Shown here: positions 47,958 through 57,267 of the stretch, one piece after another | Layout: each line of letters opens with the position of its first letter | How positions within the stretch are numbered: position 1 is the stretch's first letter | Origin: Candidatus Atabeyarchaeum deiterrae | GTDB taxonomy: Archaea > Asgardarchaeota > Atabeyarchaeia > Atabeyarchaeales > Atabeyarchaeaceae | Length of the DNA stretch: 64,000 nt | Reading direction: 5' to 3' | Assembly: GCA_037310415.1 (NCBI GenBank) | Contig: CP147780.1 | Coordinates: forward strand, 2,560,001 to 2,624,000 | Translations under genes and position numbers: made by a program | The notes under the pieces: model-generated | The model's database searches: none | What the model was told of the DNA's origin: nothing | What the model saw: only the letters and a program-made list of their open reading frames with translations

Positions 47958-47989
47958 AAGAAAGAAGAGTGTAAACATCTTCTTTTTTT
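47958..47989. terminator. Hairpin with T-tract between convergent genes
   Basis: AAAGAAGA-GTGTAAACA-TCTTCTTTTTTT. Confidence 0.45.
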
Positions 47990-48045
47990 GAGTGGGTCCC
48001 ATTTTTTCTTGGTGGTGACTTCTTAGATTAGCGCGTCGCTTCATG

Positions 48046-48840
48046 CTAGGCTGACTTTCTATGCGACACTACTACTTCTCCAAGTGCTCCAGCAACTCCA
48101 CCCGCGGCTATATGATAGACGAAGAGAGTCGGCAAGAACACGCGGAACAAGTAACCCCATGGCAACGTCGATTGATCAAGTGTAAAGCCTTGACTCGTTA
48201 GCCATTGTCCATAGACAAGCGCAGACACGACAAAGATGATCAGCGTCAAGATCGCAGCGAGTACTCCACCTGCCAGAAAGCCTTCATCAAGCCGCACGTA
48301 GAAGTATCTTCTCTGCGCAACAACTTCATGATGACCACTTCTTCTGCCGCAGACGAGCTGAGTCACGATTCCAGCCATGAACCCACCCAAAACTGGAAAG
48401 ACTATTGTCAAGATGTCTGGGAAAGTGCAGATTGAAACCACCAAGTAATAGAGGAACACGAAGAGAGGCATGTTCGACTGAATGGATTGGATGTCAGTAT
48501 AGCTGATGAGGTTTAGCGATGCGTTATATGGACCCAAACCTGTTGTCGATATGCTATTAGCTCTCAGCGAGAACTCCAAAGGACCGAGAAGAACCAAAGT
48601 CGTGAAGAAAACTAGCCAACCGATGATTCCACCGAGTATAGTGGCCTTGAAGTTTATCTTTCTCTTCTTGGCAGCTCGAGCCTTCGGAGATAGCTCCTCA
48701 ATTTCATAGAATAAAGCCAATAGTTCCGGGATATAGTCCTCACTGCTGATCTGCCCAGAACTTAATCTTTCTTCCAATTGCTTTATCTTTGCGTCAATGT
48801 CTTTAATCCTCTTGTCCATTTTAGGCGCGCTTTCTCCCAT
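48046..48840 (-). CDS. Hypothetical membrane protein (N-terminal coiled coil, ~4-5 TM)
   Basis: Charged heptad N-terminus, then hydrophobic segments with GxxxG motifs. Confidence 0.7.
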   Translation of the reverse strand: MGESAPKMDKRIKDIDAKIKQLEERLSSGQISSEDYIPELLALFYEIEELSPKARAAKKRKINFKATILGGIIGWLVFFTTLVLLGPLEFSLRANSISTTGLGPYNASLNLISYTDIQSIQSNMPLFVFLYYLVVSICTFPDILTIVFPVLGGFMAGIVTQLVCGRRSGHHEVVAQRRYFYVRLDEGFLAGGVLAAILTLIIFVVSALVYGQWLTSQGFTLDQSTLPWGYLFRVFLPTLFVYHIAAGGVAGALGEVVVSHRKSA

Positions 48841-48973
48841 TAGCAGTGACTCTCCTCATCCAAGTTTCTCGTTTCTCCCACTCACTCCCAACCGCCAGTA
48901 ATTATGATGATTCTGTTTCGCAGCTATCCATTTTTGTCAACTTATGTAAGAGACTTCTCTGGCTGAGCTCGGG

Positions 48974-50044
48974 CTATTGACCACGATCGGTCTTGCCTTC
49001 CTTCAACAATTGCAGTATCCTCTTGTGAGTCTCCAGTGGGGGTCTCACGGTATTAACCAAGTACGTGTCTACTTTACTCAGATATTGTCTGAAGAAGTCT
49101 TTTCTCAATCTGAGCTTACGCTCATCTTTCACAAGTTGGTGAGGATTGCAGAAGTCATGGTCAACAAGGTACTCCAACGCTTCGTCTGGAGTCATTTCAG
49201 CGACTATTCTGGGATCTTTGGGATCCCTTTCAAGCAAAATTACCTTCTTCATTGTCGTCTCAGTTCTTATCCGTCCCTTCCCAACTACCCACCTCAGGTT
49301 CACCACAGCGCGCTCCTTGTTGTCGAAATGAGCTTTCTCAACGAGTTGCTTGTATTCAGTCCAGATGTCTCCAACGTCAATACGTATATAGAAATTCTTC
49401 TCGCTTCCGAATACAACCGCGTCTTCACCCATCAAACGAACGAAATACCAGTCATCGCTTATCAGACGTGTCTCAGGCTGCCGGAGTAGGCCGTAAGAAT
49501 GGGTACTCTTTCCAGTGTTTGATGGCGCTATTATTGACACTCCAGTACCGTTGAAATCCACGGCAGCCCCATGCACATGGTAAATCTGATGTTCATCTTC
49601 CAGCACATCGCCCGCTATGGCAAGCGCAAGTGATTTTGTCCAGCCATAGTAGTCGCAGTTGAGCAAGAATAGTGTCTTGGTGAACGCGTCATACTGAACC
49701 TTCATTCTCTCTATGCTTGGATCAGTAAGAGCGTATAGCCTTCCGTGCGATCTTATGTTCTGGCTTATGAAGTAGAAGTTCTCCTGCCATCTGTTCTTCG
49801 TGTCCTCGTTGTCCGTAAGGAGTTTTATGCAACAACCGTAAATGTCCGACTTGTTTTCGTAGAGAACTTTGTCTCCGTACTTCTCTATTAACTCATCTCT
49901 TTCATCTACATTGACTGGCTCCACAGTATACGACAAGATCATTCTCACACTCATCCAGTTGTCACAGATAGACGACAATGGCACAAGCTGCGATATATGT
50001 ATTTGTCGAATCAAGCTGGAACCTGATTCTATTCCAACGAGCAT
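48974..50044 (-). CDS. HPr kinase/PEPCK-like P-loop protein
   Basis: HVHGAAV, IIAPSNTGKSTH, ISDDW, GSEKNFYIR. True start probably ~49941-49953. Confidence 0.75.
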   Translation of the reverse strand: MLVGIESGSSLIRQIHISQLVPLSSICDNWMSVRMILSYTVEPVNVDERDELIEKYGDKVLYENKSDIYGCCIKLLTDNEDTKNRWQENFYFISQNIRSHGRLYALTDPSIERMKVQYDAFTKTLFLLNCDYYGWTKSLALAIAGDVLEDEHQIYHVHGAAVDFNGTGVSIIAPSNTGKSTHSYGLLRQPETRLISDDWYFVRLMGEDAVVFGSEKNFYIRIDVGDIWTEYKQLVEKAHFDNKERAVVNLRWVVGKGRIRTETTMKKVILLERDPKDPRIVAEMTPDEALEYLVDHDFCNPHQLVKDERKLRLRKDFFRQYLSKVDTYLVNTVRPPLETHKRILQLLKEGKTDRGQ

Positions 50045-50146
50045 AAGTTGCCCGCATGAAACACTACAAATAAAACCTAGGAATCCAACTATATATTATG
50101 CATGCGGAGTGGCTCTCCAGTGAAGAGCTGGGAAGTGAACAGAAAC

Positions 50147-51463
50147 ATGTCCTCATGGTCTTCTCCCTTTCAGGATCATTCTTCGAAGGTAATCAAAGGT
50201 GCAACAAGTAGTGTTCTTAGTGGAAAAAAGATCGTCCTATGCATAACCGGAAGCGTTGCAGCGGTTGAGTGCCCCATAATTGCGAGAGAGTTGATGAGAC
50301 ATGGGGCAGAGGTGTACGCTGTCATGTCCCCTGCAGCCTGTAGCATAATACATCCTAATCTAATGGAGTGGGCCACGGGCAATAGAGTCATAACCCACTT
50401 GACTGGCCAGGTCGAACATGTTTCTCTTGGCGGCGACTCACCAGGACATGCAGACCTAATTCTAGTCGCTCCCACCACCGCTAACACTATTGGCAAAGTC
50501 GCCAGCGGAATCGATGATACACCTGTGACAACAGTTGTAAGCACTGCCTTCGGCTCTGGGATGCCTATTCTAATGGTTCCAGCAATGCATGAGACTCTAT
50601 ATAGGCACCCGATCGTTCTTGAAAATATTGAGAAACTGAAATCTCATGGAGTAGTCTTCCTCGGACCAAGAATGGAGGAAGGAAAAGCAAAGATTGCCCG
50701 CACAGATAGCATCGTAAACAAGGTGATCGATGTTCTCACAAAACCCAAGGACATGGCAGGGTTACATGTTCTCATAACTGCCGGTCCTACAAGAGAATAC
50801 ATCGACAGGGTTCGCTTCATCAGCAACCCGAGCTCCGGGAAGATGGGAGTCGCCATTGCACAGGAGGCGGCTGCCCGTGGCGCAAAAGTTACGCTTGTGT
50901 ATGGCATCGGAATGACTTCTGAACCGCCGATTGATCTAAAATGCATTCCTGTTGTGACAACAGAAGACATGATGAACGCCGTCTTGAATGAAATGAAATT
51001 GTGCCACTGTCATATCTTTGTGGGAACCGCCGCTGTTTCCGATTATGCGCCAACCCAGAAAGTTGATGGCAAGATCCCGTCGGGACAGAAGGACTTATCA
51101 ATCCACTTAAAGCCGCTTCCCAGAATAGTGAAGGCAGTAAAAGAGGAGAGCGACGAAACTTATGTAGTTGGGTTCAAGGCGGAGTACAATGTCTCTGAGT
51201 CAGAGTTGATCGAAAGAGCGTACAGCAGAGTCCAAGAGATAGGATTGGATCTCATAGTAGCAAACGATGTTTCGAAAGAAGGAGTTGGATTCTCGACAGA
51301 CACCAATGAGGTGTACATAGTTGACCCGCAGAAACGTGTCACACATGTCAGCCTTTCGTCCAAGAGAGATGTAGCTTCCAGGATATTTGACATCACAATG
51401 GATCACTACAACGGGAAGCGAGGAATTATCAAGGAGAAAGCCAAGACAAAGGAGAAGGCTTGA
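50147..51463 (+). CDS. coaBC: Bifunctional phosphopantothenoylcysteine decarboxylase / phosphopantothenate-cysteine ligase
   Basis: ITGSVAA, VEHV, APTTANTIGK, PAMH, TAGPTREYIDRVRFISNPSSGKMG, VGFKAE, VANDV. Confidence 0.96.
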   Translation: MSSWSSPFQDHSSKVIKGATSSVLSGKKIVLCITGSVAAVECPIIARELMRHGAEVYAVMSPAACSIIHPNLMEWATGNRVITHLTGQVEHVSLGGDSPGHADLILVAPTTANTIGKVASGIDDTPVTTVVSTAFGSGMPILMVPAMHETLYRHPIVLENIEKLKSHGVVFLGPRMEEGKAKIARTDSIVNKVIDVLTKPKDMAGLHVLITAGPTREYIDRVRFISNPSSGKMGVAIAQEAAARGAKVTLVYGIGMTSEPPIDLKCIPVVTTEDMMNAVLNEMKLCHCHIFVGTAAVSDYAPTQKVDGKIPSGQKDLSIHLKPLPRIVKAVKEESDETYVVGFKAEYNVSESELIERAYSRVQEIGLDLIVANDVSKEGVGFSTDTNEVYIVDPQKRVTHVSLSSKRDVASRIFDITMDHYNGKRGIIKEKAKTKEKA

Positions 51464-51502
51464 CCAAAGAACCAATAGGGCAGTTGGAAGACTTGGATAC
51501 AC

Positions 51503-52486
51503 CTACATAACGCAGCATGTCTGATGTCTGTCAAAGTGGTACTCTTTCTCAAGTCTTCGCAGGCTTGCTGGAGTCGGGACCACTATTCTATTGGCTCCAG
51601 CCAAGATAGCTAGATAGTCCATTTCGTTTCTGATTACCCCCGAGGGTCGCATGCATCCAAGTGATATTGATATCTTGGGCATCATAAGCCTGGATACCGC
51701 TATTACTTTCGCGACAGTTAGTGCGGATGGTGGCTTGACATCTTGCATTTGAGTTCCTTTAGTGGGATTGAGGGCTATGAACGTCAGATTCGTAAGCTCG
51801 TTGTCTCTTACGATCTTCAGAGCTCTGCCCTCGCCCTTCAGTTCGCCGTAGTGAAGACCTATGCAGATGTGAGGTGCTATATTCTTCATGTTTTCGGATT
51901 TCAACAGTCTCAGGGTCTGAGCATAGTCCTCGACAGTCTTGTCTAGCCCGTACACGTTTCGGATGGTGTCATTGCTTCCGACTACATCAATGGATATTGC
52001 GTCGATGCCCATCGCGACCAACTTTTTGATCACTTCTTCCGATATGAACCCCGTATGAATATTGATGGCAAGTTTTGTTCTTCTTTTGATCTCCTGCAGA
52101 GCAGGAAGGAATTCCCTAACCGGCAGAGCCGCCTCAGGTGTGAATCCACCACTGATCAAACAGCCTAGGGCTCCTTCATTGCCAAGTTTTATGCACAGAT
52201 CGACAAGTTTTTGTGGCACTTCGGCTGGGATCATGCTCTCGACATAGTGCCGATTACAGTGCTTGCATTTCAAATAGCATTCTCTTCCAGTTATGGAGAT
52301 TGATGGAAAAAGCCTTCCAGGGTAATAGCAGTGAACTTCTTTGCCTAGATTACGCTGCGTTGCTGACTTGGAGATCTCAATGAGTTCCATCACCTTGCTG
52401 TCTTCTAGGTTCAGTAGTTCATCGATCTCGTCATCAGATGGGCTTCTATTCAAGAATTCATGGAGAGATCTGATCATCAAAATCAC
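51503..52486 (-). CDS. lipS1: Radical SAM protein, archaeal lipoyl synthase subunit LipS1-type
   Basis: CYLKCKHC (CxxxCxxC), SLGCMRP and C-terminal CC motifs; adjacent to the LipS2-type gene. Confidence 0.8.
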   Translation of the reverse strand: MILMIRSLHEFLNRSPSDDEIDELLNLEDSKVMELIEISKSATQRNLGKEVHCYYPGRLFPSISITGRECYLKCKHCNRHYVESMIPAEVPQKLVDLCIKLGNEGALGCLISGGFTPEAALPVREFLPALQEIKRRTKLAINIHTGFISEEVIKKLVAMGIDAISIDVVGSNDTIRNVYGLDKTVEDYAQTLRLLKSENMKNIAPHICIGLHYGELKGEGRALKIVRDNELTNLTFIALNPTKGTQMQDVKPPSALTVAKVIAVSRLMMPKISISLGCMRPSGVIRNEMDYLAILAGANRIVVPTPASLRRLEKEYHFDRHQTCCVM

Positions 52487-52495
52487 GCACCTGGG

Positions 52496-53506
52496 TTACT
52501 TCGTCAGTTCGTCAAGGGCTTTTCTTATCTCGCTGTTACTTAGGCGCCTCGGATAGTTATAGATGGGACCCATTGGGCTTTCAGTGTAGAATGGTCTGTT
52601 ACAGTTCGGACAACCGGCCGTCATGAATGGGTCGCCGAGCGATGTGAATCTATCAATGTTCTCCTGGCTTACGCCGAAATCTACGATTTTTCCTTCACTA
52701 TTGAACCTCATGGATTGCGCCGAGGAGGCTCCCTGTAGTATGACGTACCTGGCAAGCTGTACTCTTCTATACTGGTCAATCCCTGGGCGCTTGTGGTCGC
52801 CAAGTTTGGTTCCTTTGATAGGTGTGAAGGCGAATAGACTAGGATTCACACCTATGTCGTATAGCTTCTGGATGATATTTACGGCGTCCTGCTCAGTTTC
52901 ACCTAGACCTATTATGATGTGAGTGCTAACCTTGTTGGCGCCGAAGACATCTAAGGCTTCCTTCAGTGATTCAATATGAGTCTGCCAGTGATACGGGCCC
53001 TTCACCGCGCTTCCCTTGATGCTGTCGAATATTTGTTGAGTTGCCCCATCAATTGGCAATCCAATTCTCTCAACACCGAGTTGCTTCAGTGTCTCCATCT
53101 TTTCCCTTGGTACCGGTGGGCATGAAATCGAAATAGGAACGCTTACCTTCGAGAGAATGGAGGAAGCTATCTCCGAAATATCCTTTGCGAAGCCGGGAAA
53201 GTTGAGTGACTGCATGCAGACCCTGCGTAGCTTTTTTTCCCGGACTTTGGTCGCAATTCTCTCAACGACCAAGGCTAAGGGGAAGGCTGGCCAGACAACC
53301 CTCGACAAAAGCTCTTTGCTTGAAGAGCTCTGTCTTGCCTGAGGACAGAAGGCGCAATTTGCTCTACAGTTTCTTTGGGTGTATGTCATCAGATAAGCCG
53401 TAGTAGGCTCCGCATCTGAATGTAGTTTCAGGAGACCTAGAACGCCTGCTGTGCCAATAGATACTCTTATCTTCTTCACTCGTGGCGAAGTCTCCCTGTT
53501 GTTCAT
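52496..53506 (-). CDS. lipS2: Radical SAM protein, archaeal lipoyl synthase subunit LipS2-type
   Basis: PTTAYLM, CRANCAFCPQAR, LSRVVWP, TAGCPNCNRP. Confidence 0.82.
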   Translation of the reverse strand: MNNRETSPRVKKIRVSIGTAGVLGLLKLHSDAEPTTAYLMTYTQRNCRANCAFCPQARQSSSSKELLSRVVWPAFPLALVVERIATKVREKKLRRVCMQSLNFPGFAKDISEIASSILSKVSVPISISCPPVPREKMETLKQLGVERIGLPIDGATQQIFDSIKGSAVKGPYHWQTHIESLKEALDVFGANKVSTHIIIGLGETEQDAVNIIQKLYDIGVNPSLFAFTPIKGTKLGDHKRPGIDQYRRVQLARYVILQGASSAQSMRFNSEGKIVDFGVSQENIDRFTSLGDPFMTAGCPNCNRPFYTESPMGPIYNYPRRLSNSEIRKALDELTK

Positions 53507-53595
53507 ATTTCGTCCTCATCTCTCTCTTGATTATCTAGCCACGAGAAGGATCTAGATTGGAAGGATAAAGGTCTTCAGTCCATCTCTTTGCTACA

Positions 53596-54921
53596 CTACA
53601 TTGGAGGAGATTTGTCTAATTCCTCCTCATCTTCCCCGCCATCTACTTCGCCTTCACAGTCTTGAGTGCTGGTGCCAACAGGATCGTCGATGGCGGTTGC
53701 CGCTGGATTATTAGAAGAACCAAGATCGCCGGTATCCGTTACAACCTTTTCGACTGGCATCTCCTGTACAGTGCCAGTTACCATCTTTATGGGTTCTTTC
53801 TTGAGTGACGTGCTCTTCAGAACCGTTAGAACCTTGTTCACTAAGTCATCTACGCCTTTGCGCTTCTTCGCAGATATACTCGCCCAATCATGCTGGCCAA
53901 GAATAGGCTCAAGCTTTGAGATGATTTTGTCAAATGCTGCATCATCGACGAGGTCACTTTTGTTTAGGACTATTAGTATCCTGCTGATTTCTACTCCGAT
54001 CTCCTTGAGAAGATGTAACCCAAACTTGAGCTTGTGAAACAAGAAATCCGGATCGTCATCTATTCCTAACATGAAGAGAAGCAAGTCGGCTTCATTCATG
54101 TCTATCAGGTTTAGCTCAAACGACTTGATGAGAGCCGGGTTAAGCCCAATGACAAATCCAATTGTATCGATTAGTAAAGGGTTGTCATCGCTGTTCGATT
54201 GAAGCCTCTGGTACTTGCTAGAGAGTGTTTTGAAAGGTCTGTCGCCGACGAGCTTATTCTCGCCCGTTAGCTGGTTAAAAAGTGTAGTCTTCCCCGCGTT
54301 GTAGTACCCGGCGATACAGACAATCTTGGCACCGAGTTTGCGGCGCTCCTGTACCTGTCGCATCTTCTCCTCGGCAAGTGATGAAATCTCACGTTTTAAC
54401 TTGCCTATCCTTTTCTGAATTCCTTTAACCTTGCTGTGAAAAGCAAACTCTCCGGTTCCAGCCCAAGAAGGCTGTCTCTCAAGTCCTGAATACTTTGCCG
54501 AAGCCTGCAACTGAAAGAATGGGTAAAGTTTGCGGGTCCGTGCAAGCTCGATCTGTAGTTTAGAAATTCTGTCCGAAGCCATCTCTTCGAATATTCTCAA
54601 CGTGAGTTCGTATCGATCTATGACTTCACAGTTGAATGCAACTGAGAGATTCAATTTCTGCTTGGAGGTCAACTCATTGTACATGACTACTAGTTCCACA
54701 TCTTTGCTGCTCACAATCTCACTGATCTCGTCAACCTTACCTGAACCGATCAAGTAATGACCTTTTCTTCTGGATTCAGTCTGAGTGAACCGCTCTACAA
54801 CTTCATAGCCTAGTGCTTTTGTCAGCGCTTCAAGCTCCTTAAGCTCCAGTCTGAATAGAACATGGTCGTGAGGGTCTTCCTTAAGCATTCCCAATATTGC
54901 GCGTTTGCTCAAGTTCAGCAA
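53596..54921 (-). CDS. hflX: GTPase HflX
   Basis: IGSGKVDEI, VIDRYELTLRIF, KLQIELA, GYYNAGKTT, DTIGF, NKSD, ISAK; acidic C-terminal tail. Confidence 0.92.
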   Translation of the reverse strand: MLNLSKRAILGMLKEDPHDHVLFRLELKELEALTKALGYEVVERFTQTESRRKGHYLIGSGKVDEISEIVSSKDVELVVMYNELTSKQKLNLSVAFNCEVIDRYELTLRIFEEMASDRISKLQIELARTRKLYPFFQLQASAKYSGLERQPSWAGTGEFAFHSKVKGIQKRIGKLKREISSLAEEKMRQVQERRKLGAKIVCIAGYYNAGKTTLFNQLTGENKLVGDRPFKTLSSKYQRLQSNSDDNPLLIDTIGFVIGLNPALIKSFELNLIDMNEADLLLFMLGIDDDPDFLFHKLKFGLHLLKEIGVEISRILIVLNKSDLVDDAAFDKIISKLEPILGQHDWASISAKKRKGVDDLVNKVLTVLKSTSLKKEPIKMVTGTVQEMPVEKVVTDTGDLGSSNNPAATAIDDPVGTSTQDCEGEVDGGEDEEELDKSPPM

Positions 54922-55219
54922 TACATCTCCTTGATTAAGCAGGCATTATCACCATAATAGTAAAGATCACAAAGCCCAACAAGAAGCAGTCAGGACTATT
55001 GGACTTCGATTTATCTGAACAACAGAATGCACCGTTATAGTTAGTCACACTCTCAGAAGGCAAAGTATGCTTAAATACGTTGGTATCGACATATGTTTCA
55101 ATTCATCAGTTTGGCAGGAGGACCCACAGGTCAGGGCATCTGACTCATCAAAGCATCAGTCGACATATTATGAACTGGATTAACGCGTCATTACTGCTTG
55201 CGAAGGTGAACTGTGAACA

Positions 55220-56062
55220 TTGTCAGTGATTGTCACTTCGAAACTAGACTCGGCCAGCATGAACATCCATAAGCAGTTAACTAAATATCTTGGGTTCAGA
55301 AAGAGACCAGACGGGCTGCAGTTTGACGGTAGCTCAGTCTACATGAGCGGTGACATTCTTCTCGTAACCTCTGAAAGAGAGCTTGTGAACTCAGAACATA
55401 TTGACCAGTCTTTCAAGACAGATCTCCTGATATTCGCAAGTCGCCACAGGTCAGAAGCAGGCAAGCCAGCACTTCTTGTTCATTGCACTGGGAACTGGAC
55501 GGGGCAAGCTGACCTTGGAGGAGAACCTTGCGAGCTAGCCATAGCTCCAGCGTCAGCTATGAGGGAAGCGCTCCGCGAGCTTGCCAAGCAGAAGGATGAA
55601 CTTGCGCTTGACAATTATGAGGTCACAATGGAGTGTACCCACCACGGACCCACCTCGATGTCGACTCCCCTTCTATTTGTTGAGTTAGGGAGCGATGAGA
55701 AACATTGGGCTGATGAGTTGGCAGCTCGAGCAGTGGCTAATACCGTGTACAAGGTAGCTAAGGGTGTAGAGAGAGCTAAGACAGCATTGGGAATTGGTGG
55801 ACCCCATTACGCACCGAATTTCACGAAGATAATTCTCTCATCAAACAATATTGCAGCGGGGCACATTATACCTAACTACGTGCTCCATGACATGAGGAAA
55901 GACATGGTGCAAAAGGCAATAGCACGAACTCTGGAGAAAGTGGAACTAATTCTGCTGGACTGGAAGGGGCTGCGGGGCGAACACCGGGAGTTGGCCAGAG
56001 ACATCGCAGACGAGCTCGGCGTAGAAACTATGAAGACACATGATATCATGAAGAACAGTTAA
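55220..56062 (+). CDS. dtdA: D-aminoacyl-tRNA deacylase (archaeal DTD2)
   Basis: FASRHRS, LVHCTGN, ECTHHGP, FVELGS, GIGGPHYAP. Confidence 0.93.
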   Translation: MSVIVTSKLDSASMNIHKQLTKYLGFRKRPDGLQFDGSSVYMSGDILLVTSERELVNSEHIDQSFKTDLLIFASRHRSEAGKPALLVHCTGNWTGQADLGGEPCELAIAPASAMREALRELAKQKDELALDNYEVTMECTHHGPTSMSTPLLFVELGSDEKHWADELAARAVANTVYKVAKGVERAKTALGIGGPHYAPNFTKIILSSNNIAAGHIIPNYVLHDMRKDMVQKAIARTLEKVELILLDWKGLRGEHRELARDIADELGVETMKTHDIMKNS

Positions 56063-56146
56063 GAGAGCCAAGACACTACGTAGCTTTAACTACCCCAGTG
56101 TAAAAGTGCATCATCCTCACATCACCCGAAATGACCCCACAAGGAG

Positions 56147-56983
56147 ATGGTAGACGTGGCGAAAGTCAAAGTTTCCATAACAAGATCCGAGGATCCCGAA
56201 CGATCAATTCTGAGGGGCATCAAGCTAATCGGGGGAATAGATGACTTAGATCGTCCTGGCTACCAAGTTATCATCAAACCAGGCATTTTTGATCCAAGTC
56301 GCCCTCCCTACACTGAGGTCAAGATAGCTGAAGCAACCGCAACCTTGTTTCATAAGACCAAGGACATCTCTTTCGCAGAAAGTGATAATCATCTCAGAAC
56401 AGGTATTGAAGCCTTGAAGACTGTAGGTTATGATCGAATAATCAGAACTGGGTTAGTCAATCTGAGCAGCAACCTGACACAGCACAAGAGAACTCGGTTA
56501 ACCCTACTAAAGCAACAGACGTTCTCGAAGATCCTGCTTAACACGGACGTGCTGGTGAACCTGGCGACGATGAAAACTGAAAAAAAGGTTGGAAGAATAA
56601 GCATAGGTGTAAATAACCTATTCGGGCTAATACCAGACAGGATGAAGTCTCGTTTTCATCCTGATCTTGATGATGTACTCTTAGAGTTGCTCAAGATCAT
56701 TAAACCAAGCCTCACAATCGTTGATGCAACCAAAGTGTACTTGGGTTCTTATCCAAGTTACAAATCCGTAGACGCGGGTCTAATAATAGCTGGGAGAGAT
56801 GTGATTGCAGTAGACGCGGTTTGCTGTAAGATTCTTGGCATCAATCCAAGTAGTGTGAGGTATCTATCTCTTGCAGCAGGCGCAAGAAAGGGAACAATGG
56901 ATCTCAATGAGATCGATGTTCTCGGCTTAAAACTGACTGAGGCGAGAGAACTATTCCTGTCAGGAGAGAAAAAGCCCAACTGA
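56147..56983 (+). CDS. DUF362 domain protein
   Basis: VIIKP, VNLATMKT, NLFGLIP, PSLTIVDA, GRDVIAVDAV. Confidence 0.8.
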   Translation: MVDVAKVKVSITRSEDPERSILRGIKLIGGIDDLDRPGYQVIIKPGIFDPSRPPYTEVKIAEATATLFHKTKDISFAESDNHLRTGIEALKTVGYDRIIRTGLVNLSSNLTQHKRTRLTLLKQQTFSKILLNTDVLVNLATMKTEKKVGRISIGVNNLFGLIPDRMKSRFHPDLDDVLLELLKIIKPSLTIVDATKVYLGSYPSYKSVDAGLIIAGRDVIAVDAVCCKILGINPSSVRYLSLAAGARKGTMDLNEIDVLGLKLTEARELFLSGEKKPN

Positions 56984-56999
56984 ACAGGACAGCAGTCTT

Positions 57000-57155
57000 C
57001 TACTCTTCAGATGACTTCTCAAAGAATACGAGGCCACATTTCGGACAACTGTATGTGGTGGTCTTCATTCCTCTTGTTCTTCCAAGTGGGAGGACGGTCG
57101 GTCCCAAATCAGCGCTTTCCGCTTTGCAGCGCGGACATATGCCTTTCTTCTCCAA
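57000..57155 (-). CDS. 51-aa CPxCG-type zinc-ribbon microprotein (not in ORF track)
   Basis: GGAGGTGA RBS then TTG: MEKKGICPRCKAESADLGPTVLPLGRTRGMKTTTYSCPKCGLVFFEKSSEE*. Confidence 0.8.
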   Translation of the reverse strand: MEKKGICPRCKAESADLGPTVLPLGRTRGMKTTTYSCPKCGLVFFEKSSEE

Positions 57156-57267
57156 TCCCTCTCACCTCCAACCCATTCATTTAAACCGATTAAATGGGCT
57201 AAGCAGGAATAGTGTTGGGAACCAATTCACGTCAGTAGGTTCCCGAACCGATGACTTGCCAGTTCCT

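Noticed and set aside
51503-53506. Biotin synthase (bioB) annotation
   Set aside because: The GCMR/CC and TxGCPxCNRP motifs and the tandem pairing fit LipS1/LipS2 better.
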